Below are positions 47,875 to 58,319 of a stretch of 64,000 nucleotides of DNA, one piece after another (position 1 is the stretch's first letter; every line of letters starts with the position of its first letter). The DNA lies in NCBI GenBank assembly GCA_965221165.1, contig CBDCRP010000002.1, forward strand, positions 768,001-832,000, given 5' to 3'. The notes beneath the pieces were generated by a model. The model was given only the letters and a program-made list of their open reading frames with translations. It ran no database searches and had not been told where the DNA came from. Source of the stretch: a bacterium (GTDB lineage Bacteria > UBA8248). A program made the position numbers and the translations under genes.

Positions 47875-48849
47875 CTATTCGGCCCGGGGCAGGCGCTTGG
47901 CCCCGAACTCTCCCAGCAGCACCAACCCGCCGCCGGGGAGCGTGAGCGCCGTCGAGATTCCCTGGCGCGAGGCCAAAGGCTTGAACCCGGCGTCGATGGA
48001 GACGCTGCGTCCCCCGTCCCGGCTGACGAGCATGGTTCCTTCGAGGCCGGTGACGAGCAGGAGACCCGGCTTCACCCGAACCGCTCCGGTCAGGGTCGCC
48101 TTCGTCCCGGTGCGCACCTGCGTCCAGCTCTCGCCCCCGTCTTCGGAGCGAAACATGCTGCCCCTGAGGCCCAGCAGCAGCAACCTGTCCGCGTCGAGAG
48201 CGAGCGCGCCGAACCAGGAGCCGGCGTAGGGCGAGGACAGCTTGCGCCAGGTGGAGCCCCCATCGTCGCTGCGATATATCACGCCCGATTCTCCGGCTAT
48301 GAACAACCGTCCGGTACCTGCGGGAACCAGGGCGTTCAGATGAAAATCATCCTCCCCGATCGTTCGCGGCTTCCAGGTGCGGCCGCCATCTAACGTAGCG
48401 AGGAAATAGCCGTAAGCCCCCACGGCGAAGCCCACCTGTTCGTCGCGGAACCAGACGTCGAGGAGGGGGCGTTCTTCTTTCGGCGCGTAATGGACCAACC
48501 GCCAGCTCATGCCGCCGTCCTCGGTGCGCAGGATGACCGCGTCGTGCCCGACCGCCCAGCCGATGCGCGCATCGTGCATGTGCACCGCCGTCAGGAGAGC
48601 GCGGACGGGCACGCGGGCCTGTTTCCAGCTTGCGCCGCCATCGTCCGAAACCAGCGCGTGGCCGCGCTCTCCGAGCGCCACCAGGCGCGAACCGGCGGAA
48701 GCTCCATCGAGCAGCAGGGATTCAGGCGCAAGCCGCGCATGGATGGCCGGTTGGCCGCTCGCCGCCCCGAGGGGGAGCAGACAAGCGATGAGGCCGGGCA
48801 GCAGTCGCAGACGCAATCTTCTAAAAACGCCTGAGGCCGCCGGCCTCAT
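47875..48849 (-). CDS. YCF48/BNR-repeat beta-propeller protein
   Basis: Repeated Asp-box S/T-x-D-G-G-x-S/T-W; signal peptide. Confidence 0.88.
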   Translation of the reverse strand: MRPAASGVFRRLRLRLLPGLIACLLPLGAASGQPAIHARLAPESLLLDGASAGSRLVALGERGHALVSDDGGASWKQARVPVRALLTAVHMHDARIGWAVGHDAVILRTEDGGMSWRLVHYAPKEERPLLDVWFRDEQVGFAVGAYGYFLATLDGGRTWKPRTIGEDDFHLNALVPAGTGRLFIAGESGVIYRSDDGGSTWRKLSSPYAGSWFGALALDADRLLLLGLRGSMFRSEDGGESWTQVRTGTKATLTGAVRVKPGLLLVTGLEGTMLVSRDGGRSVSIDAGFKPLASRQGISTALTLPGGGLVLLGEFGAKRLPRAE

Positions 48850-50204
48850 CTCCTGCCCATGCGGCGCAGCGCCGAGGGCGTGAAACCCCCGGAAGAGTAG
48901 TTCGTGCCGAAGACGTTCATGGGATATTCGTTATTAAGACCCAAGGCGAGGTAGCGCCCCGCCTGAACGTCGGTGTGCACCTCGAGGGTAAAGCCCATCA
49001 AGGGTTTTTCGTAATAGTTGACGACGTGCCCCTCCGATACGCGCCAGAGCTGATCCCGGTTGTCATAGATGTCGGCGAGCAGGATGATCCAGGAATCCTC
49101 ATCCACGTAGAACCGCCGTTTCTTGTAGAGGTGGCGCGCTCCTTTCTTGAGCGTCGCCTCGACCACCCAGACCCGATGCAGTTCGTAGCGCAGATGCTTC
49201 GGGTTGACGTGCAGCGGTTTGAGAATGTCGGCGAAGGTGATCTTGTCGCTGTGCAGCTTGTAGCTGTTATAGGGCACGTACATCTCGCGCTTGCCGAGGA
49301 GTTTCCAGTCGTAGCGGTCCATGGCCCCGTTGAACATGTCGAACTGATCGCTCGTCCTGAGCCCGTCCGAGGCGGTGCCCGGGTTGTCGTAGGCGACGTT
49401 CGGAGCGCGCCGCACCCGGCGCTGGCCTGGATTGTAGACCCAGACGTGGCGCGGCTCGGCGACCTGGTTGAGCGTCTCGTAGGCCAGCAGAATCCTGCCC
49501 GCAAGCCGCGCGGGCGCGGCCACCTTCTGCCGGAAGAGAATCGCCTTGTTCTGGAGTTTTTCTTCCGTCATGCCCGGCAGCGAATAGCGTATGAGGAACG
49601 CATCTTCGAGCTTGACGAGCGTATAATCGCCGCTTCGGGTGACGGCGGCCTGGCCGATGACGCGCGAGGCGGCCTCGCCCCGGTAGCGCAGCAGGTGATT
49701 CCAGATCACATGGGCTCCGTTTTTGGGAATCGGGAACGGAACCCCTATCACCGCGCCCGTAACCCCGTTGCCCCCCGCTGCGAGTTTCGCGGTGGCGGCG
49801 ACGCGCCGGGTGGCCTTGTAGATGCGCTTCGGGAACGCGGCGCTGCGGCGGGTCGGATAGACGGGAAGACCGAGCGTCGGGTAAATCTCCAGCATCTTCT
49901 GAAGCCCGGCCGAAAGTTTCTTGCGATACTTCGCCATGTTCTTGCCGGTGATGGTGAACAGGGGCTTGTCATCGGGATATGGGTCCGGATGGTGATCGCC
50001 GACCTTGTAGCCGGCCGGCGGGGTCGTGATGCCGCCCTTCCACTCCGGAATCGTTCCTGCGGCATTGCCCGCCCGTTCCGCCCCGAGGGGGGTGAGATCC
50101 TTACCCAGCCGGGCGATCTCATCGGCGGAAATCGCGGCGGCGGCGCTGGTCGCGACGAAGGTGAAAAGCATCGCGACGCTGATTTTCGATATGATGGTTT
50201 TCAT
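48846..50204 (-). CDS. DUF1329 periplasmic protein
   Basis: LTPLGAERAGNA.GTIPEW.GG, YNPGQRRVRRAP, RYELHRVWVVEA, YVDEDSW. Confidence 0.88.
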   Translation of the reverse strand: MKTIISKISVAMLFTFVATSAAAAISADEIARLGKDLTPLGAERAGNAAGTIPEWKGGITTPPAGYKVGDHHPDPYPDDKPLFTITGKNMAKYRKKLSAGLQKMLEIYPTLGLPVYPTRRSAAFPKRIYKATRRVAATAKLAAGGNGVTGAVIGVPFPIPKNGAHVIWNHLLRYRGEAASRVIGQAAVTRSGDYTLVKLEDAFLIRYSLPGMTEEKLQNKAILFRQKVAAPARLAGRILLAYETLNQVAEPRHVWVYNPGQRRVRRAPNVAYDNPGTASDGLRTSDQFDMFNGAMDRYDWKLLGKREMYVPYNSYKLHSDKITFADILKPLHVNPKHLRYELHRVWVVEATLKKGARHLYKKRRFYVDEDSWIILLADIYDNRDQLWRVSEGHVVNYYEKPLMGFTLEVHTDVQAGRYLALGLNNEYPMNVFGTNYSSGGFTPSALRRMGRR

Positions 50205-50233
50205 GGCGGTTACCCCATTTTCATCGCTGTTGG

Positions 50234-52384
50234 TCAGAACAGGTATTTAACGGTGGCGGAAACGAAGTCGCGGTCGTTCGCCTGGTTGTATCGCCCGGCG
50301 CCGCCGAACATGGTGTAGCTCACGTCGAAATGCCAGCGGTTGAGATAGCTCGCGCCCAGCCCGAGGGTCAGCGCGATGCGATCCTCCACGAACGGCCCGC
50401 CGGGGCCGGGGCTGGTGCCCTTGACGTCATGCTGGAACGACACACGCGGGGAGAGGTTCACCGCGCCGATGGCGTTCAGGTAGGACAGACGCGCCGCCAT
50501 CCGGTAGCCGTAGGAAGTGGCGCTCGCGAATCGATCCGGAGGCTCCGTCGGGAGGCCGGCGTGTCCGCCCGTCGCCGTGGAATGGAAGGGGTCGCCGCTG
50601 GTGTTCGTGCCCGGTCCGTTCAGGCGAAGTTCACTCTTGTCCGGCATGTCGTGCACGTACATGAAAGCCGCTTCCGTGATGAACGCCAGGCTGTTCGCCC
50701 CCAGGGTGGGGCCGAACACCTTGGTGGCCGTTGCCTGTATCTGGCTCACGTCGCGCTCGATGTAGCCTTTGACGTACTCCTCGGGGCCGAGGCCGGAGGG
50801 GGCGACCTGGTTTTTGCAGTAGGCGAAAGGACTCGTCGCCGCGCAAACCGTGCCGCCCGGTCGGTCGACGGTGAGCGGCGTCAGGGCCGCGAAGAGCACT
50901 TCGACGTCGTCTACCTGCAAGGGCGCGTCGATGCGGCGGGAGTATTCGCCTTGCAGCGCCCAGCCCGAGGCTCCGAGCTGCGTGTTGAAGCTCACGCCCA
51001 GGAGCTTGATGTCTTCGGGATATTCGGTGAAGTAGCCCGCCGTCTTCGAGTAGCGATCGATGGCGAGGAGACCGGCTATCCGGGCGACCCGGCCGGCGAC
51101 CGTCCGCTGGATGGTCTCGAGCGGCGTCCCCACCGGAGCGGACGCGGTGACCGCCTGTGTAATCGCACTTATGGTGGAAGAGTCGTCACTCGGGTCTGTA
51201 GGAGTGTCGGAACCAGCAGTGACCGCCCCCGCCGCGAAGAGGCCGTCCGAGACCCCCTGCGCCGTGCCGGTGCGCCCGCTCAGGATGGGCAGGCGGCTGT
51301 GGTAGTTCACGAAGTAGAAACCGAATTCGGTGTTGTTGAGACCCTCGGCGAGGTAGCGAAGCGCGATTCCCCATTGGCCCGAGTCTTCCGGTTCCCTGTC
51401 CTTTCTGCGGTATATGCTCAGGAAATCGCGGTCGAAGGGGCCCTGTTCCCGCTGGGGCACCTGGAAAGCCTGAAGATCTGCATTGATCAACTGGGTGAAG
51501 CCGGACCCCAGCCCCTCGAAGCTAAAGCCCGTGTCGGGGATCCCGCCCCAGCCGAACACGACCTTCCTCGCGCCCGCGCCGGCGAAGTCGCCCGTCGAGA
51601 AGTAGCTGCCCGGCGGGTCGATCTCGGTCTTCTCCCACTTCACCTGGTAGAAACCCTCCAGGGAGAGATTGTCGTTCAGCGAAGCCGAGGCGGAGATCAT
51701 CGGAACCGGCACCAGCCCGTCGCGCAGTTCCGCCCCCGGCGTTCTGAGCTTGTTCACGTCGAAGGGGTTGATGACGTTGATGCTGTTCTGGATGAACGTG
51801 CTCTCGCCCCAGCTGATCACGTGATTGCCGAGCCGAAGGTTCATCGCCACGCCGCCCAGGTCGAGCGCGCCGGTGAGGTAGAGATCGAGGACTTCCAGGT
51901 CTTTTCCCACCAGGTCCTTCGCGTCTTCCGATAAGGCGCTGCGCTCCCTGTCGCCTCTTTCGTTCTCGAAGTCGAAGAAGCCGTGCACACGGACGAAGGC
52001 GCCGAAGTTGCGGTAGTTCAAGTCGAGCTCGCCGGTGAACTTCGACGTATTGCTCACGATGCCGCGATTGTAGTTGAGGTTGCCGTCATCGGCGTTGACC
52101 GAGTTCGCGGAGCCGCCGTTTTGCTTGCCGATCAGGCGCTCGTCGCGATCGCCGGTGCGGATGGTGACGCCGTGGGAAAGCGTGATGTCCAGACTGCCCT
52201 CGAGTTCGCCGTGCGTGAAATCTTCCGCTCCCGCAGGCGGCGCGCACAAGGCGAAACCCAGGGCGAGCACGCAGGCGAGAATACAAAGCGGGCGAGGGAT
52301 AGATTCGAAGACGGGTACTAAGAAGAGGCGGTCCGTTGGTCGCCCGACACGAGGTCGATGGGCGATGGAATAGGCTGGATGCAT
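50234..52384 (-). CDS. DUF1302 outer-membrane protein
   Basis: NADDGNLNY, SWGESTF, YFVNYHSRLP, YPEDIKLLGVSF, DRDFVSATVKYLF (C-terminal Phe); start uncertain. Confidence 0.87.
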   Translation of the reverse strand: MHPAYSIAHRPRVGRPTDRLFLVPVFESIPRPLCILACVLALGFALCAPPAGAEDFTHGELEGSLDITLSHGVTIRTGDRDERLIGKQNGGSANSVNADDGNLNYNRGIVSNTSKFTGELDLNYRNFGAFVRVHGFFDFENERGDRERSALSEDAKDLVGKDLEVLDLYLTGALDLGGVAMNLRLGNHVISWGESTFIQNSINVINPFDVNKLRTPGAELRDGLVPVPMISASASLNDNLSLEGFYQVKWEKTEIDPPGSYFSTGDFAGAGARKVVFGWGGIPDTGFSFEGLGSGFTQLINADLQAFQVPQREQGPFDRDFLSIYRRKDREPEDSGQWGIALRYLAEGLNNTEFGFYFVNYHSRLPILSGRTGTAQGVSDGLFAAGAVTAGSDTPTDPSDDSSTISAITQAVTASAPVGTPLETIQRTVAGRVARIAGLLAIDRYSKTAGYFTEYPEDIKLLGVSFNTQLGASGWALQGEYSRRIDAPLQVDDVEVLFAALTPLTVDRPGGTVCAATSPFAYCKNQVAPSGLGPEEYVKGYIERDVSQIQATATKVFGPTLGANSLAFITEAAFMYVHDMPDKSELRLNGPGTNTSGDPFHSTATGGHAGLPTEPPDRFASATSYGYRMAARLSYLNAIGAVNLSPRVSFQHDVKGTSPGPGGPFVEDRIALTLGLGASYLNRWHFDVSYTMFGGAGRYNQANDRDFVSATVKYLF

Positions 52385-52608
52385 GCCGGTGGGTCCCCCT
52401 ATTTCGACAGGATGATTTTGCGGATGCTCAATTTCGCAAGATATATTCAACATCTAGCGTTCGTCAAGAAAAAAGTGGACGGGGCAGGACAGAAAACGGC
52501 GTCTCGCGAGAGCGAGACGAACGCAGAAGCATCTCCCCTCTCGCGCCGCACCCAAGGCAGGTGCGAGAGGTTCAGGACTTCCATAAGGACGCTCTCGGGA
52601 GAGCGGTT

Positions 52609-53682
52609 TTATCGGACGCGCGTTCCGTCGGGTTCGAAGAGATAGACGCGCGCGGGGTCGAACGTGACGTTGAGCCGCTCACCCGCCTTGAAGCGATCGC
52701 TCGCCTCGACGATGGCGATGGTCGGACGCTCCGCGCCGTGCTCGAAGTATAGCAGCGTGTCCTTGCCGAGCGGCTCGACGAGTTGGACGTCGCACGAGAA
52801 GGCGGCGGACTGGCTCCCCACCACCATGTGCTCGGGCCGCACGCCCAGGGTGTAGTCCCCCGAGGATACGCCCGCGTAGGCCTCGGGGAGCGTGTAATCG
52901 ATGCCGAAACCGGCGAAGGCGGGAGCGCCGTTCGAGTTATCCACCTTCCCCGGGATGAGGTTCATGGACGGGCTGCCGAAGAAATCGGCCACGAAGTAGC
53001 TGACCGGGTCGTTGTAGATGTCAAGCGGCGTGCCCACCTGCTCGATGACGCCGTCGCGCATCACCACGATGCGGTCGGCCAGGGTCATGGCCTCTTCCTG
53101 ATCGTGGGTGACGTAGACGAAGGTTTTCTTGAGTTCCTCGTGGAGCCTGTCGATCTCGGCGCGCATCTCGCGGCGGAGTTTGGCGTCGAGGCTCGAGAGC
53201 GGCTCGTCCAGCAGGAAGGCGGCGGGGTCGGTGATGAGGGTGCGGGCCAGCGCCGCGCGCTGCGCCTCGCCGCCCGAGCATTGGCCGGGCAGCTTGTTGA
53301 GCAGGTGGCCGATCCGGACGAGGTCGGCCACTTCGCGCACGCGCTTCTTGCGCGTTTCCACGGGCACCTTCTTCATGCGCGGGCCGAACTCGATGTTCTC
53401 GGCCACCGTCTTGTGCGGGAACAGCGCGTGCGTCTGGAAGACCATGCCGACTCCCCTGTCGCCGGGGTCGATGTCGTTCACGACCCTGCCGTCGATGACG
53501 ATCTCGCCCGCGGTGGGTTCCTCGAAACCCGCGACCATGCGCAGCGTGGTCGTCTTGCCGCAGCCCGAGGGGCCGACGATGACGACGAACTCGCCTTCCT
53601 CGATGGTGAAGTCGAGGTTCTTCACGGCCTCGATGTTCCTGCCGAATACCTTGCGTAAGCTCTTGAGTTCGATTCTCGCCAT
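52609..53682 (-). CDS. CUT1 ABC ATPase (MalK-like)
   Basis: GPSGCGKT, CSGGEAQR, LDEPLSSLD. Confidence 0.92.
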   Translation of the reverse strand: MARIELKSLRKVFGRNIEAVKNLDFTIEEGEFVVIVGPSGCGKTTTLRMVAGFEEPTAGEIVIDGRVVNDIDPGDRGVGMVFQTHALFPHKTVAENIEFGPRMKKVPVETRKKRVREVADLVRIGHLLNKLPGQCSGGEAQRAALARTLITDPAAFLLDEPLSSLDAKLRREMRAEIDRLHEELKKTFVYVTHDQEEAMTLADRIVVMRDGVIEQVGTPLDIYNDPVSYFVADFFGSPSMNLIPGKVDNSNGAPAFAGFGIDYTLPEAYAGVSSGDYTLGVRPEHMVVGSQSAAFSCDVQLVEPLGKDTLLYFEHGAERPTIAIVEASDRFKAGERLNVTFDPARVYLFEPDGTRVR

Positions 53683-53689
53683 TGTCTTC

Positions 53690-54592
53690 TTACCTCTTCA
53701 CCATTCCGAAAGTGAAACCTCGCACCAGGTGTTTTCGAATGAAAATGCCGATGATCATGAGCGGCAGGGTGATCCCCACCGCCAGAGCGGCCTGATGGCC
53801 GTAGACGCGGCCCTCGTCGGAGCCTTCGTATTTCGCCAACTGGACGGGCAGCGTCACCACGTCCACCTTGGAGAGCATGAGAGAGAGCAGATATTCGCTC
53901 CACGTCAGGATGAGGATGAACAGGAACGTCGCCACTAACCCTGAGCGAATGAGCGGGAATATCACCTCTCGGATCGCCTGCCATTTGCTCGCGCCCAGAA
54001 TCTCCGCGGCCTGTTCGATCTCGACGGGAACCTCGTCCACGAAGCTCTTCGTCATCCAGACGGAATAGGGCAGCGTGGTGATGAAATAGACGATCACCAG
54101 CCCCGTCGCGGTGTCCATCAGATGGATCGCCGAGTAGTAGAGCGTGAGCGGCGCCGCCACCACGATGGGCGGAATCATCCTGAGCACAAGGAGCTGGAAC
54201 ATTCTTATCTCGGAGAGTATGCGGTAGCGCGAGACCCCGTAGGCCAGGATCGCGCCGAAGGCGACCGAAAGCGCGGTGGCGGTAATCGCGATATAGAGGC
54301 TGTTCCAGAGCGCCTGCCATGGCTTGTTCGCCGAAGCCGACTCGTAGCGGGCGGTCTGCGTTTTCACATCCGCAGCCGAGCGGGGACTCTCGGGCTTGCC
54401 CCACACCGCCTGGTAGTTGGCCCAGGAGGCCTCCTGCGACCAGTAGACCGGCGGCCAGGCGTGCCACTCCCAGTCGGGCTTGAACGAGGTGGAGACGATC
54501 CAGAAAATCGGGAACGCCACGATCACCGACCATATAAAAAGCATGGCGTAGCGGAATATGGTGAACAGGCGTCCCTTCATGACTCGGTTCAT
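53690..54592 (-). CDS. CUT1 ABC permease (MalG-like)
   Basis: IEQAAEILGA EAA loop; HLVRGFTFG. Confidence 0.9.
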   Translation of the reverse strand: MNRVMKGRLFTIFRYAMLFIWSVIVAFPIFWIVSTSFKPDWEWHAWPPVYWSQEASWANYQAVWGKPESPRSAADVKTQTARYESASANKPWQALWNSLYIAITATALSVAFGAILAYGVSRYRILSEIRMFQLLVLRMIPPIVVAAPLTLYYSAIHLMDTATGLVIVYFITTLPYSVWMTKSFVDEVPVEIEQAAEILGASKWQAIREVIFPLIRSGLVATFLFILILTWSEYLLSLMLSKVDVVTLPVQLAKYEGSDEGRVYGHQAALAVGITLPLMIIGIFIRKHLVRGFTFGMVKR

Positions 54593-54594
54593 GC

Positions 54595-55557
54595 CTAGGC
54601 CTCCGTGCGCGGCGCTTCATACAGGGTGTCGAGCGCCTGTTTCTCGCGGCGCAGCACGTAGATCGCCGTGAGAACGATGAATATCATGATGACCATGACG
54701 ACGTAGGACATCGCCGCGCCCTTCGAAATGTCGAACGACACCCAGGTCGTGAAATAGAGATAGATGGGTATGGTTTCGGTAGCGGTGCCCGGCCCTCCCT
54801 GGATGAGACCCCACGTCTTGGGGAATTCCGCCATGGCTTCCAGGAAGCGGAGGATGAGCGCCAGGAATATGACGGGCCGCAGGAGCGGAAGCTGTATCTC
54901 GCGGAAAATCTGGAAGCGGTTCGCCCCCAGGATGCGCGCGGCCTCCACGGGTTCGGCCGGCAGCGAGGAGAGGCCCGCCAGCATGATGATGAAGACGAAA
55001 GGAGTCCAGTTCCATATTTCAAGGAGTATGATGGTGAAGATGGCGAAATTGGGATTCGCCAGCCAGGTGAACTTCGAGAGGTCGCCCGGCAGGAAATAGC
55101 TCAAGAACCCGTTGATGGGTCCTTTTTCGTACAAAAGCATGTCGGCGGTGTAGGCGATGACCACGGGCACCGTCAGCATGGGGAGGATGAAGAGAATATA
55201 GAATAACGCCTGCCCCCTGAAGGGCTTGTACATCAACAGCGCCAGACTGAAGCCGCATATGAAACAGCCCAGCGTCGAGAGGCCCGCGAACATGAGCGAG
55301 CGCCCCATGGCACGCCAGAAACGCCCTTCGGTCAACACCTCCTGGAACAACTCCAGCCCCACGAACTCCGCGTCGAACCAGGTGGAGAGATAAACGGTCC
55401 AGGAGTGAAGCGAAAAATATATCTGCAGAAGAAACACGGGCATCAGGAACGCGAACAGAAGAATCAGCGGGGAGAGCGCGCTCCATTTGAACACCCGGAC
55501 GCCGCGGGCGCGGGTGGAGCGCCTGCCTTTGGGCTGCGCATCTATGGCCGTCGCCAT
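54595..55557 (-). CDS. CUT1 ABC permease (MalF-like)
   Basis: WNWTPF, EAARILGA, GGPGTATE. Confidence 0.9.
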   Translation of the reverse strand: MATAIDAQPKGRRSTRARGVRVFKWSALSPLILLFAFLMPVFLLQIYFSLHSWTVYLSTWFDAEFVGLELFQEVLTEGRFWRAMGRSLMFAGLSTLGCFICGFSLALLMYKPFRGQALFYILFILPMLTVPVVIAYTADMLLYEKGPINGFLSYFLPGDLSKFTWLANPNFAIFTIILLEIWNWTPFVFIIMLAGLSSLPAEPVEAARILGANRFQIFREIQLPLLRPVIFLALILRFLEAMAEFPKTWGLIQGGPGTATETIPIYLYFTTWVSFDISKGAAMSYVVMVIMIFIVLTAIYVLRREKQALDTLYEAPRTEA

Positions 55558-55720
55558 TCGTGAGGCTCCTACTGTCGAGTAGATCGGGGCATGAACCAGG
55601 ATCCATCCGGAAGCGAATATCGTGTCAGCGACTGGGGCCGGCAAGTGTCCGCCGGCCCCGGCCATCGAAACATGAAACCCTCTCCCCGGAGCACGCGCCC
55701 CGGGGAGAGGAGTTTTCGTC

Positions 55721-57172
55721 CTACATGGGCTTGTCCATCTTCGGCATCATGGCCTTGTAGAAGGGAATCTCCCTCTTGAGCTTGCGCTTGCCGATCTTAC
55801 GAACGATCTTGGTCCACTCTTTCTGGATGTCGCCCATGACCTTCTTGGCGCCCTTCTTGCGGCCCGCGTAGGCCTCGGAAAGGTTGCGGTCGACGACTTC
55901 CTTGAACTCCTGGTAGCCGGTCACATACGGCGGCGGCGCGGTGACGAGGAGGTTATCCTCCACAGCCTTGATTCCCGGCTTTGTGTAAACCTTCGTCACC
56001 TGCGGGTCGGTCATGTGCTTGGGATGCCAGGGGTCGTGGAAGGTGAAAATCGGATGACCGACCACCTCGGCGCTGTTCTTGTAGGTGCTCATGTACATGG
56101 CCCACGCGACGGCCTGCTTCTTGCGCGGGCTGTGCCGGTTGATCACCATGCCCATCACCGGAGCGGAGAACGCGCGGTGGATGAGCTTGCCGGAGAACTT
56201 CGAGCCCGGCACCAGGCCGTAATGCCACATGCCCCTCGTTTTCGTGCCCGCGGTCGGGCTTTCGATGGCCGCGATAATCCCGTCCCAGTACTGGCAGGAG
56301 AAAATCTTGCCGTTGCGGACCCGGGGGATCATCTGCGGCGAACCCCAGGCGCCCGCCTCGGGGTGTGAGACCTGCTTGCGCGCCAGCCAGGTGTCGAAGG
56401 CGTATTCGGCGGCGGGCGTGTTCAGCGTGGGGTTGGCGTCATCGTCGAACGGGAAGCCGCCCGCGCTGTAAAGATACATCCAGTACCAGAAGCTGCTGTT
56501 CGCCTTGTCGCGCAGGCCGCCGAAGCCGTAGAGTTCCTTGTCGGGCCTGTGGAAGAACTTCATCATCTCGAGTTCGTCTTCCCAGGTGACCGGCCACTTG
56601 AGTTCCTTGCCGTGCTTGTCGGCGAAGGCCTTGCGCTCATCCGGATTGTCGAAGTAATCCTTGCGGATGAACTGCGGGCAGACGTTGCCGTCCGTGGGCA
56701 TGGCGTAGGTCTTGCCCTGATACTTCATGAAGCTCTCGAAGTTGCCCACCATCTGGAGGTCGAAGCCCGCGTCTTTCATGTAGCTGTCGAGGGGCTCGAT
56801 CATTCCCGCGGCCGCGAGGGAGGGAATCATCATGGATTCCACGTGAAAGATGTCGAACTTGCCCGAGCGCGTGATGGCCTCGGCCATGGCCCGCTGGGGA
56901 ATCTGCAGGTTGGGAACGTCGCTGATCTTGTCCATGGAGATGCCGGTGGCTTTGTTGAACTCGCGATTCAGGTCGGGGTAGTTGCGCCAGTACAGGCCCC
57001 ACATCATTCCGTTCAGCTTGGCGCCGCCCAGCTTCTTGGCCGCTTTGATGACGGCGTCCTCCTCGGGCCCGGCATAGGCTTTCCCTGCGCTCCTGAGAAC
57101 GGCGGGTCCCGCCACCGCTGTGGCCACACCGGCCTTCAGGAGGCTTCTTCGGTTCATCCTCTTCTCGCTCAT
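55721..57172 (-). CDS. CUT1 extracellular solute-binding protein with Tat signal
   Basis: NRRSLLK Tat motif; YAMPTDG, WPVTWED. Confidence 0.88.
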   Translation of the reverse strand: MSEKRMNRRSLLKAGVATAVAGPAVLRSAGKAYAGPEEDAVIKAAKKLGGAKLNGMMWGLYWRNYPDLNREFNKATGISMDKISDVPNLQIPQRAMAEAITRSGKFDIFHVESMMIPSLAAAGMIEPLDSYMKDAGFDLQMVGNFESFMKYQGKTYAMPTDGNVCPQFIRKDYFDNPDERKAFADKHGKELKWPVTWEDELEMMKFFHRPDKELYGFGGLRDKANSSFWYWMYLYSAGGFPFDDDANPTLNTPAAEYAFDTWLARKQVSHPEAGAWGSPQMIPRVRNGKIFSCQYWDGIIAAIESPTAGTKTRGMWHYGLVPGSKFSGKLIHRAFSAPVMGMVINRHSPRKKQAVAWAMYMSTYKNSAEVVGHPIFTFHDPWHPKHMTDPQVTKVYTKPGIKAVEDNLLVTAPPPYVTGYQEFKEVVDRNLSEAYAGRKKGAKKVMGDIQKEWTKIVRKIGKRKLKREIPFYKAMMPKMDKPM

Positions 57173-57500
57173 CTGGGTGTTCCTCCTTCATTCTGGGTGT
57201 CGACTGACGAGCAAGGTAAAATCCGCGTCGTGCGTCCATCTCGCGATGGAACGCCAGCCGGCGGATGGATATAACCCGCTCCTCAGCCCTTATATGCAAC
57301 TCATAATGCCTAGGTAACAGCGCATTCTATTAAAGCGGCGATTTTTGTCAACAGGTGAAACGAAGCTATCTTCCGATATTTACGGGCCACCAATGGCAGG
57401 GCGTTCAAAAGGCGAGGGCGCCGGGGAAAAGACAAAAATAACCGCCCTCCCCGGCGCGCGCCGGCGCACAGGAGAGGGCGGTGCAATCAACCCTTTGGTT

Positions 57501-58016
57501 CTAGCTTTCGCTCGCTTCCGCCGCTTCGAGTTCCGCCATCTTCTGCAAGGCCACCTTGTCCCTCAGCAGAAACACCGGACAGGGCGCGCGCCTGAGGACC
57601 TGCTCGGAGACGCTCCCGATCAGGAAGCGGCTCACCATGTTGTGGCCGTGCGTGCCCATGACGAGAAGGTCGAAATCCCCCGTCTCGGCGAATTGCACGA
57701 TCTCCTTCATCGGTTCGCCGAAAACGACCAGGGTCCCAATGGGTACGCTCGATTCGACTTGTTTCACCATGACGTCCAGGTTGCTCTGTAATTCGACGCG
57801 CGTATCCTCGAGCAGACGGCTCGGAGAGATGGTGCCTACGAGTTCCGCGCCGTAGCCGCCGTATTTGGCCCCGTAGTCGGGGTTTCTGGCGACGTGAATG
57901 GCCATGACTTCCGCGTTACGATTCTCCCCGATCTCCGCCGCGACTTTCAGGACGCCCCTGCTGAGTTCGGAGAAATCTACGGCAGCCAGCACTTTCTTGG
58001 GATCGTATATTCGCAT
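57501..58016 (-). CDS. Universal stress protein
   Basis: AAVDFS, DLLVMGTHG, IGSVSEQVLRRAPCPV. Confidence 0.9.
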   Translation of the reverse strand: MRIYDPKKVLAAVDFSELSRGVLKVAAEIGENRNAEVMAIHVARNPDYGAKYGGYGAELVGTISPSRLLEDTRVELQSNLDVMVKQVESSVPIGTLVVFGEPMKEIVQFAETGDFDLLVMGTHGHNMVSRFLIGSVSEQVLRRAPCPVFLLRDKVALQKMAELEAAEASES

Positions 58017-58319
58017 GGCGTTTCCCTCCGAATGAAGAAATGTACGATGTCCGTCTGCACACCTAACAAAAAACGGAGCCTCCGGAGGCCCCGCTTTCAA
58101 GGATCGTTCCCGATTTTTCTGCTTGCGCGTCAAGCACCGAGCGGGTGGCCGCCCAAATACCTTGCGCCGGCTATTTTTTGTCATCCCCCAAGAGGCCAGC
58201 GCTCTGCTTCAGGGGACTAGACTCCATCACGCCATCAACCCCTCTTGTCCGTTCTGTTTCAAATATAGGCTCTCGCGCGCCATCTTTCAAGAAAATTCCG
58301 CGCAAGCAGCTCGCCCGCC

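Noticed and set aside
48975-51934. Long + strand ORFs (447 and 534 aa; likewise 6551-8029, 3679-4680, 23285-24532)
   Set aside because: Antisense shadows of well-supported genes, expected from high-GC codon bias, with no recognisable motifs
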